Shown here in pieces: positions 1 to 6,061 of a stretch of 64,000 bases of DNA. The DNA lies in the IMG/VR virus record IMGVR_UViG_3300028569_002801, positions 1-64,000 of that record; one strand, 5' to 3'. A model generated the notes under the pieces. That model did no database searches and was not told where the DNA came from. It was given only the letters and a program-made list of their open reading frames with translations. The translations under genes and the position numbers were made by a program. Positions within the stretch are counted from its first letter, which is position 1. The number at the start of each line of letters is the position of its first letter. The stretch is from a virus.

Positions 1-306
1 TCATAGTTCTTGAATTTGAATCATTATCCAATCTACTTCTCCTTCAGTTTGGTTTCCAATAATATCTTCCGCAATTGGTGTATTATATGTTATATCCCAA
101 TCATGTTCGTCACCATAAAGTATTGCAACTTCCCATTCACTTTCATCTGATGTATATGAACCATATCTAAAACCTTTTTTAGATGTGGGACTTGGTAACT
201 TAAACCTAACAACAGATATACCATACCCATTAGGGAAAAATAATAGTCCGTGTAACCCCTCATAGTTTGGGTGGGGTTTAAATACTATGTCTTTAAATGA
301 TTTCAT
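1..306 (-). CDS. hypothetical phage protein
   Basis: 101-aa ORF, phage-like composition, no family recognised. Confidence 0.7.
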   Translation of the reverse strand: MKSFKDIVFKPHPNYEGLHGLLFFPNGYGISVVRFKLPSPTSKKGFRYGSYTSDESEWEVAILYGDEHDWDITYNTPIAEDIIGNQTEGEVDWIMIQIQEL

Positions 307-318
307 ATCACCAATTAA

Positions 319-471
319 TTATAAGAACGTTTTTTTGTGTTTTGTTTTTCTATTATAAAGATTCTTTGGCGTTTCAACTCTAGATACAAATCTCCCATCA
401 AAGAATCCATCCTCAACTTGATCCTTTCTTACTTGTGTTCTTTTCATCTTATGTTGATCATATGTCTTCAT
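319..471 (-). CDS. small basic protein, ArfA-like motif (not in ORF track)
   Basis: Manual translation MKTYDQHKMKRTQVRKDQVEDGFFDGRFVSRVETPKNLYNRKTKHKKTFL; F..RVE..K..Y.RK.KHK resembles the ArfA core; TACCTTTG promoter at 487-494. Confidence 0.6.
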   Translation of the reverse strand: MKTYDQHKMKRTQVRKDQVEDGFFDGRFVSRVETPKNLYNRKTKHKKTFL

Positions 472-505
472 CTCATTTGTTTTTTACAAAGGTATAAAAT
501 ATTAT

Positions 506-760
506 TTACCACTTTCTTTTTTTCTCAAGTTTTTTGGTTTTTTGTTCTTCCATCATTGTGTGGTATTCATCTTTAGTTAACCTTTTAAACGAATCTTCAT
601 CAATATTAAAATTACTAAACCTTTTTTTAACACTTGCCTTTGCATGGATGAGGTTTTTACTCCACACAATATTAGAACCTATAACCTTATTGTTTTCAAC
701 CATATCAAAAACATATAGGAACTCACCTTCTTTATTTGTCATCAACTTTTCCATCTTCAC
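506..760 (-). CDS. hypothetical protein
   Basis: 84-aa ORF in operon orientation. Confidence 0.6.
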   Translation of the reverse strand: MKMEKLMTNKEGEFLYVFDMVENNKVIGSNIVWSKNLIHAKASVKKRFSNFNIDEDSFKRLTKDEYHTMMEEQKTKKLEKKRKW

Positions 761-773
761 TTTTTTTTATTTG

Positions 774-854
774 TACCCCCGGAGAGACTCGAACTCTCAC
801 ACCGCTTGGCATCAGATCCTAAATCTGACGTGTCTACCATTCCACCACGGAGGC
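774..854 (-). tRNA. tRNA-Leu(TAG)
   Basis: GCCTCCG/CGGGGGT acceptor, TCAGA-TTTAGGA-TCTGA anticodon arm, long variable arm, GTTCGAG T loop. Confidence 0.93.
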
Positions 855-861
855 ATTTATA

Positions 862-1572
862 TTACCAATTTTTAATTCTTTCTTTCAGCTCATCAAGTGT
901 TATTGAACAACTATAATTCTTTTTATTGTTTTCACTATGTAATAATAATTTACAATTTGCAGGATGTTTAATGATTTCAGGGTCAACTCCATTTATAAAA
1001 CCCTCCCTTACACTATACATATGATCCTTACTAACTCCACCTAAATTATTACCTTTATTTTTAGGACTATACCATCCATATTCATTTACAATAGTTAAAT
1101 CAAATTTTTCAACATACTGTTTTATATTAAAATCAAAAACACACAAAGGTTTATAAAATTTATAAAATTTAGTTTTACAATTATCACAAATTAATTTGTG
1201 TTTTTCAATAACCTTACTTTCCTTACAAAATCGACAAATCTTAGATTCAGTAATCTTTTCTTTTTTAGGTTTAATTAATTTTTCTCTAACTTTTTGTTTT
1301 TGTTCTTCACTAACAACTCTACCTTTATTATTAAACATTGCAGCACAAGAACTATTACAAAATTTCCTATTATGGGATATTAACCCATCAAACTCATCAC
1401 TACAATTAAGACAAGTTATTTTTTTATGGTAAACAGTTTTAATCCCTAACCTATTGGATCTATTCATAATTGATCGATATGTTACACCCATAAGGTTAGC
1501 AATAGTTTGGTATCTAACCCCTTCGTCAACTAATTTTTCCAATTCCTCGTCCTTTTCTTTCGTCCATTTCAT
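862..1572 (-). CDS. putative HNH-like homing endonuclease (HTH, Zn fingers, NUMOD3-like segment)
   Basis: CxxC pairs, FCNSSC, SEEQKQKVREK, C-terminal DHMYS...HPANC...ENNKK; lies between two tRNA genes. Confidence 0.65.
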   Translation of the reverse strand: MKWTKEKDEELEKLVDEGVRYQTIANLMGVTYRSIMNRSNRLGIKTVYHKKITCLNCSDEFDGLISHNRKFCNSSCAAMFNNKGRVVSEEQKQKVREKLIKPKKEKITESKICRFCKESKVIEKHKLICDNCKTKFYKFYKPLCVFDFNIKQYVEKFDLTIVNEYGWYSPKNKGNNLGGVSKDHMYSVREGFINGVDPEIIKHPANCKLLLHSENNKKNYSCSITLDELKERIKNW

Positions 1573-1626
1573 ATAAATAAATATTACAAAAAAGAGTTTA
1601 TAACGAATTTTGAACCTATTTTTTTG

Positions 1627-1711
1627 AGTAAGTGGTCAGATTTGAACTGACGTGATACTTTCGTATACCGGTTTTGCAGACCGGCGGTTTCAACCACTCA
1701 CCCACACTTAC
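1627..1711 (-). tRNA. tRNA-Cys(GCA) with long variable arm
   Basis: GTAAGTG/CACTTAC acceptor, U73, CCGGT-CTGCAAA-ACCGG, variable hairpin ATAC-GAAA-GTAT, GTCAG-TTCAAAT-CTGAC. Confidence 0.88.
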
Positions 1712-1716
1712 ATATT

Positions 1717-2172
1717 TTAACGGCAGTGGTGATCTGCCGCTCTTGTTGCAATTTGATTGTCAGGTTTAATATTTGCTTTGTAACCTAACGACGTTGCCCA
1801 CCCAACAACGGGAGGAACTAGTTTTGAACTGTAATGTTTTTCTTCGCAGTTATAATCCAAATCTATTTCAACCTTAACTTTTACTTTTTGAGTTAACCAT
1901 TCGGCAACCTCAATTGAATAATCAGCTTCATTCCATAATCGTGTCCACTTATCTTTAATCTTCTTAACCTTTTGTTTATGAAGGATGTAGTGGACACCAC
2001 GATTTCCATACCTGTAAGCAATTACCGTAACGTATACGGTACTTCTTCTGTGGTTTTGTGAATCTGTACCGATGTGTATCTCAACCCAAGGACATTCCTT
2101 TAAAACGTCTAAGGTGTGATTTACCACATCAGGAACCGTATCACCATTAACCGTTCTAAATACTCTGTTCAT
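1717..2172 (-). CDS. RNase H-like YkuK (DUF458) family protein
   Basis: IHIGTDSQ...VIAYRYGNRG...RLWNEA.YS...IDLDYN...AADH motif pattern. Confidence 0.8.
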   Translation of the reverse strand: MNRVFRTVNGDTVPDVVNHTLDVLKECPWVEIHIGTDSQNHRRSTVYVTVIAYRYGNRGVHYILHKQKVKKIKDKWTRLWNEADYSIEVAEWLTQKVKVKVEIDLDYNCEEKHYSSKLVPPVVGWATSLGYKANIKPDNQIATRAADHHCR

Positions 2173-2188
2173 TGTTTCTATTTTTTTG

Positions 2189-2261
2189 TGGACAGAGAGG
2201 GTTTCGAACCCCCGACTCCAAGAGCTTCAATCCTGAGCTCTACCAACTGAGCTACCTATCC
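2189..2261 (-). tRNA. tRNA-Phe(GAA)
   Basis: GGATAGG/TCTGTCC acceptor, AGCTCAGTTGGTAGAGC D arm, loop TTGAAGC, GGTTCGAAACC. Confidence 0.9.
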
Positions 2262-2756
2262 TTATTTAACTTCAAACGCATGTAGTAATATACGTTTTTT
2301 CTTGGTTGAGTCCTCGTGGTTACCGATTACCACACCATCTTTGATTGTGAAGGCGTGACGACTAACTAACATAAAGAATGTCCCAACAGGGTTTTGTTTT
2401 GCAAATGTACCAACAGTCATTTTACGTTTAACTCTTTCACCATTTACTTTAACCTCGTACTCCAAAGTTCGTCTGTTGTTATTATTTACTTTACCAACAC
2501 ACTTAACTTTTTTGTAGTTTACTTGACTTCTATTTTCTGCAAGTTTAGTCATTTTATCTACAGTACCATAAGTACCGTTACGATCTCTACGATAAAAATT
2601 TTCTCTAACGTATTTGTGAGCGTAATCGTAAGATACATCAAAACAAGATGCAAATGCTCTTACAACACAATCGTTGGTTTCATTTTTTGCGATTGCAGAT
2701 TCTTCATAACCTTTAATGGCTTTTCCTGTAGTACAATATGGTAGTGCGTCTTTCAT
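2262..2756 (-). CDS. hypothetical protein (NDCVVRA motif, possible peptidase-like fold); start reassigned to MKDALPY
   Basis: Upstream part of the tracked ORF overlaps tRNA-Trp; ATG at 2756 lies 4 nt below a TATCTTTA promoter element. Confidence 0.7.
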   Translation of the reverse strand: MKDALPYCTTGKAIKGYEESAIAKNETNDCVVRAFASCFDVSYDYAHKYVRENFYRRDRNGTYGTVDKMTKLAENRSQVNYKKVKCVGKVNNNNRRTLEYEVKVNGERVKRKMTVGTFAKQNPVGTFFMLVSRHAFTIKDGVVIGNHEDSTKKKRILLHAFEVK

Positions 2757-2803
2757 ACTGTAAAGATACGAAATCTTTTTTAATTGGCAAAATTTAATTT
2801 TAG

Positions 2804-2874
2804 CACATGGTGTTAGAATCGAACTAACCCGTCGAGGTTTTGGAAACCTGACCGACACCTTGTCTGTACCATGT
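2804..2874 (-). tRNA. tRNA-Trp(CCA)
   Basis: ACATGGT/ACCATGT acceptor, G73, AGGT-TTCCAAA-ACCT, GTTAG-TTCGATT-CTAAC; compact D arm. Confidence 0.85.
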
Positions 2875-2912
2875 AAATTGCCCGACCTATCTCGGGACCG
2901 ACATCGGATCCG

Positions 2913-2985
2913 TACCCCCACAGAGATTCAAACTCCGATCTTTCCCTTAGAAGGGGAACGTCCTGTTCAGTTGGACGATGGGGGC
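2913..2985 (-). tRNA. tRNA-Arg(TCT)
   Basis: GCCCCCA/TGGGGGT, TTCCC-CTTCTAA-GGGAA, T loop TTTGAAT. Confidence 0.87.
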
Positions 2986-2990
2986 AAATA

Positions 2991-3165
2991 AAAGATGATA
3001 AATGACTTTATCAGGAATCTGGGGTTCGTATCACTACGATGCTTCACACACCATTAGAGAGTCGGGTTATTACATCAATACAATTAAGATTGAATACCTA
3101 TCCTTAGTGTGTACCCTTACGACACGTCTCTCCACGTCTGTCATTCTACGTTTTGTATCATCTTT
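2991..3165 (-). ncRNA. unidentified structured RNA in tRNA spacer (~175 nt)
   Basis: Closing stem AAAGATGATA/TATCATCTTT, then AATGAC/GTCATT, GGAGAG/CTCTCT, GTCG/CGAC, GGGT/ACCC. Confidence 0.55.
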
Positions 3166-3167
3166 TG

Positions 3168-3240
3168 TACCCTCAAAGAGATTCAAACTCCTATCTCCCG
3201 ATCCGTAGTCGGGTGTTCTCTTCAGTTGAACTATGTGGGT
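3168..3240 (-). tRNA. tRNA-Arg(ACG)
   Basis: CCCGA-CTACGGA-TCGGG anticodon arm, acceptor with one mismatch, T loop TTTGAAT. Confidence 0.87.
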
Positions 3241-3244
3241 AATT

Positions 3245-3373
3245 AAAGAATTTTGGTCAACCACTCGCATCCCACCAATCTCTTGTATCAAACTTTTTGT
3301 AGTCCAAACGATTATATCTCCTACGACTCATTCTCAACTCACTTGCCTAAGCCTTGTCCGTTGTAAATTCTTT
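3245..3373 (-). ncRNA. unidentified structured spacer RNA (~130 nt)
   Basis: Closing stem AAAGAATTT/AAATTCTTT, higher GC than flanks, no credible ORF. Confidence 0.4.
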
Positions 3374-3375
3374 TG

Positions 3376-3449
3376 TGTGTATGACAGGTTACGATCCTGC
3401 GACCTCTTGAACCACAATCAAGCACTCTGCCAACTGAGCTACATACACC
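3376..3449 (-). tRNA. tRNA-His(GTG)
   Basis: G-1, GTGTATG/CATACAC, CTTGA-TTGTGGT-TCAAG; A discriminator and T loop ATCGTAA are atypical. Confidence 0.88.
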
Positions 3450-3455
3450 ATGTTG

Positions 3456-3523
3456 TCCCGTATGTTGGACTTGAACCAACCTCAAGTCGGATATGAGCCA
3501 ACTTTGATCCCTGATCATACGGG
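3456..3523 (-). tRNA. tRNA(CAT) (Met or Ile2) with minimal D arm, 68 nt
   Basis: CCCGTAT/ATACGGG, GATC-AGG-GATC, GTTGG-CTCATAT-CCGAC, GTTGG-TTCAAGT-CCAAC. Confidence 0.7.
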
Positions 3524-3529
3524 TTATTG

Positions 3530-3613
3530 CGGAAGATATTGGAATCGAACCAAATACCCGAAGGTACATCTCGCTTAGCAGGCGGACCCCATCCCCATCA
3601 GGGTTTATCTTCC
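3530..3613 (-). tRNA. tRNA-Ser(GCT)
   Basis: GGAAGAT/ATCTTCC, G73, loop CTGCTAA, variable arm TACC-TTCG-GGTA. Confidence 0.85.
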
Positions 3614-3670
3614 AAAGAGCGTAGTGGGACTGCAGTTCCCCAAGGCTCCTACGCAAGTTACTCCTCTTTG

Positions 3671-3747
3671 TCGGCACAGTAGGAATTGAACCTACATGAA
3701 ACCAATTAACCTTTCAACCGCGTATCAGGCGGAGGGTATATGTGCCG
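3671..3747 (-). tRNA. D-arm-less tRNA-Ile(GAT)-like RNA with long variable arm
   Basis: CGGCACA/TGTGCCG-A acceptor, 8-nt linker, CCGC-CTGATAC-GCGG, extra hairpin TGAAA..TTTCA, GTAGG-TTCAATT-CCTAC. Confidence 0.65.
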
Positions 3748-3906
3748 TGGTGCGTATTTAGGAGTATTTCTTAACCACCCCCTCAGCTCGCCAGCGTCTC
3801 GGTGGTCGATACTTTAGTCGTGATGAACCCATCTGTCACTTCTTACTAGATTCTTGTGGTCTACTTACTCGAGACGTTACCACTGGGGAACCCAACATTG
3901 TATCTT
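3748..3906 (-). ncRNA. unidentified structured spacer RNA (~160 nt)
   Basis: Long stem CCCCAG..CGTCTCG / CGAGACG..CTGAGGGG enclosing TAGA/TCTA and GTGA/TCAC hairpins. Confidence 0.5.
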
Positions 3907-3984
3907 TGGCGGGTCAGGTAGGGCTCGAACCTACTATCCCTCGCTTAACAGGAGAAAGCTTATAACCACTTAAGCTTCTGGTCC
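3907..3984 (-). tRNA. tRNA-Asn(GTT), CCA encoded, mismatched stems
   Basis: Loop CTGTTAA, GTAGG-TTCGAGC-CCTAC, 3' GCCA; two acceptor-stem mismatches. Confidence 0.78.
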
Positions 3985-4045
3985 AATACTTGAACGTGTT
4001 ACCTAATTACACTAAGGGAGGACTCGAACCGACATTTTTCACTCG

Positions 4046-4126
4046 TGGGAGAGAAGGGACTCGAACCCCCAAGGCTTTCGCGACAGATTTACAGTCTGCT
4101 GAGCCAACCAATTGCTCAACTCTCCC
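4046..4126 (-). tRNA. tRNA-Tyr(GTA)
   Basis: GGGAGAG/CTCTCCC-A, GCAGA-CTGTAAA-TCTGT, variable arm GC-GAAA-GC. Confidence 0.93.
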
Positions 4127-4188
4127 AAAAATCTAATTCTATGATTCCGTCGTCACATAAGGACTATGAATTAGTAACGGTCTCCTCG

Positions 4189-4262
4189 TACACCCTACAG
4201 GATTCGAACCTGTGACCTGTTGTATGTAAGACAACCGCTACTACCAACTGAGCTAAGAGTGC
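4189..4262 (-). tRNA. tRNA-Val(TAC)
   Basis: GCACTCT/AGGGTGT-A, GTTGT-CTTACAT-ACAAC, GGTTCGAATCC. Confidence 0.92.
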
Positions 4263-4328
4263 TTATTTTAGTTTTTCTTTACGAATATAACCATTTTTTG
4301 GTATAAATCGCTCAGTTTTACTAAATTT

Positions 4329-4961
4329 TTAATCCTTCAAATTTTGGTATTCTTTTTTTAACTTGTGACATCTATTATAATTTCCCCCTTTAGCCGCTAA
4401 ACCAACTTCTATTAATGCTTGTCTCATATTCCAATTATGTATTAATAAGACATTTAAAAGTTTTTCATCTGAAATTTTATTTCTAAGTTGTTTTGTTTTA
4501 TTTCTACCCCTCCATGTGTCAGTCAATGCGTGACAATTTGGGCAAAGTAACTCTAAATTTTCTCTTTGGTTATTAAAGTGATTTCCGTCCTTATGTTCTA
4601 ACTCTAATGGAATTTCAACCCCCATCCAAGTTTTTAATTCACATTTATTACATGAACCATCTTGTTCATAGTAAATCCTTTTTTTTAGTGATTCGAATTT
4701 TAAATCTTCATATTTTGAATTGATAATTTTTATCTTATCGTTTTCTTTTCTTTTTTCCGCGATTTGGTTCCAAAAACCATCAGGTCTTTTTCTATTTGCT
4801 TCTTTAACTTTTTCAGAATTTTTGTTTGATTTAGATTTTTTTTCCTTATCTTTTTCTGACCACACCCTACTATTACGGCACATTAAAGAACAATAACTAA
4901 TCAAACCTTTTTTTGGTTCAAACTCTTTTTGACATTTAATACAATTTTTCATAATTCCCAT
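4329..4961 (-). CDS. HNH homing endonuclease
   Basis: CNKC...LELEHKDGNHFNNQRENLELLCPNCH HNH motif; lies between tRNA-Lys and tRNA-Val. Confidence 0.88.
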   Translation of the reverse strand: MGIMKNCIKCQKEFEPKKGLISYCSLMCRNSRVWSEKDKEKKSKSNKNSEKVKEANRKRPDGFWNQIAEKRKENDKIKIINSKYEDLKFESLKKRIYYEQDGSCNKCELKTWMGVEIPLELEHKDGNHFNNQRENLELLCPNCHALTDTWRGRNKTKQLRNKISDEKLLNVLLIHNWNMRQALIEVGLAAKGGNYNRCHKLKKEYQNLKD

Positions 4962-5024
4962 TTATTAATAAATATCAAGTCGAACCTAAAAAACACATAA
5001 AACTTAAAAAATACTTAAAATTTG

Positions 5025-5095
5025 TTCCCCCGGACGGTAACGCTCCGACTTCTTTCCGTTAAAAGCGGAAAGCTTCACTTTAAAGCTTCGAGGGA
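5025..5095 (-). tRNA. tRNA-Lys(TTT), atypical T loop
   Basis: TCCCTCG/CGGGGGA-A, TTCCG-CTTTTAA-CGGAA, T loop AGCGTTA. Confidence 0.82.
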
Positions 5096-5097
5096 TT

Positions 5098-5133
5098 CTA
5101 TTTACGACTCTTGTCATACTTGTCACTTTCCAT
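5098..5133 (-). CDS. 11-codon micro-ORF MESDKYDKSRK
   Basis: ATG preceded by an A-rich region; stop 2 nt before tRNA-Lys. Confidence 0.3.
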   Translation of the reverse strand: MESDKYDKSRK

Positions 5134-5167
5134 GATACTTGTTTTTTATTTGTTTATTTATTTATAG

Positions 5168-5240
5168 TAGGGTAGACCGGACTCGAACCGACATCGTCCA
5201 CGTCCCAAACGTGGTGACTTACCAATTAGTCAACTACCCT
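5168..5240 (-). tRNA. tRNA-Pro(TGG)
   Basis: AGGGTAG/CTACCCT-A, CCACG-TTTGGGA-CGTGG, GGTTCGAGTCC. Confidence 0.92.
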
Positions 5241-5310
5241 AGTTAAAAAATCAATACCCTGACTCCTTTCGAACTTTGAGGATTCGTATCATTCATTCTG
5301 TATTGATTCG

Positions 5311-5396
5311 AGGAGAGAGCGGGATTCGAACCCGCGGAACCGTGAAGTTCTCCGGTTTTCAAGACCGGTGCAATAAACCAACTCTACCATCTCTCC
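5311..5396 (-). tRNA. tRNA-Ser(TGA)
   Basis: GGAGAGA/TCTCTCC, CCGGT-CTTGAAA-ACCGG, long variable arm. Confidence 0.92.
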
Positions 5397-5402
5397 TTAT
5401 TG

Positions 5403-5473
5403 TTGTTCCCCAAGGACTCGAACCCCAATTCCACGGACCAAAACCGCGTGTCCTTCCATTAGACGAGGGAACA
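5403..5473 (-). tRNA. tRNA-Gln(TTG)
   Basis: TGTTCCC/GGGAACA, CGCGG-TTTTGGT-CCGTG, GGTTCGAGTCC. Confidence 0.9.
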
Positions 5474-5509
5474 AAATAAAGCCAATATTTCAAAGAACTT
5501 TTTCTTTTG

Positions 5510-5582
5510 AGGTTCCTGTCAGGTTCGAACTGACGACTCCGGGTTACAAAGCCGGGGTATTACCAAACTATACTAAGGAACC
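5510..5582 (-). tRNA. tRNA-Thr(TGT)
   Basis: GGTTCCT/AGGAACC, CCGG..TTTGTAA..CCGG, GTCAG-TTCGAAC-CTGAC. Confidence 0.88.
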
Positions 5583-5596
5583 GAATTTTTGGGTAT

Positions 5597-5628
5597 AAAA
5601 AAACCCGAACTGTTTTGAGTTCGGGTCT
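5597..5628 (-). terminator. intrinsic terminator directly upstream of the tRNA array (candidate attenuator)
   Basis: ACCCGAACT-CAAAAC-AGTTCGGGT followed by a T tract, about 15 nt before tRNA-Thr. Confidence 0.8.
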
Positions 5629-5660
5629 TATATTTCTTTTATATTTTTAGTTAATCTTTA

Positions 5661-5771
5661 TCAACTCATAAATGAAAATGCCCTAATATGCGACTTAAGC
5701 GTACGATACACGTTAAACGACCACTGAATGCTCGGGTTACAAATGTTCATATGTCTATTAGTTGTTTTCAT
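5661..5771 (-). CDS. candidate attenuator leader peptide, 36 aa
   Basis: MKTTNRHMNICNPSIQWSFNVYRTLKSHIRAFSFMS, ends TGA-TAA; TATTTATA motif just upstream; codon set mirrors the array anticodons. Confidence 0.6.
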   Translation of the reverse strand: MKTTNRHMNICNPSIQWSFNVYRTLKSHIRAFSFMS

Positions 5772-5981
5772 CTTGTTATAAATATATCGTTGTTTCTAAA
5801 AGTTTTAATTCTTGTACGAATTTAGTTGTTTTTTTCTATTTGACAAGTGTTTTTGTCATTTATTTTTAAATATTCTTCTTCTTGTTCTTCCTCCAACCTA
5901 CGTAAAAACACGTAGTAATCTTCAGAGTTTATGAACTCATTGTGTATTAATTCTAAAATTTCTTCCATAAAATTGTGTTAG

Positions 5982-6055
5982 TGATCCCGAATGGATTCGA
6001 ACCATTGACCTACTCATTAGAAGTGAGTTGCTCTATCCAACTGAGCTACGGAACC
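5982..6055 (-). tRNA. tRNA-Arg(TCT), second copy, upstream of the leader/terminator
   Basis: GGTTCCG/CGGGATC-A, AGCTCAGTTGGATAGAGC, ACTCA-CTTCTAA-TGAGT, GGTTCGAATCC. Confidence 0.95.
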
Positions 6056-6061
6056 ATATTA

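Noticed and set aside
2757-2921. N-terminal 55 aa of tracked ORF 2262-2921
   Set aside because: Overlaps tRNA-Trp and a promoter; ATG 2756 is the better start
3002-3677. ORFs 3002-3208, 3070-3291, 3233-3496 and 3339-3677 (also 5276-5479)
   Set aside because: They overlap tRNA genes; chance frames
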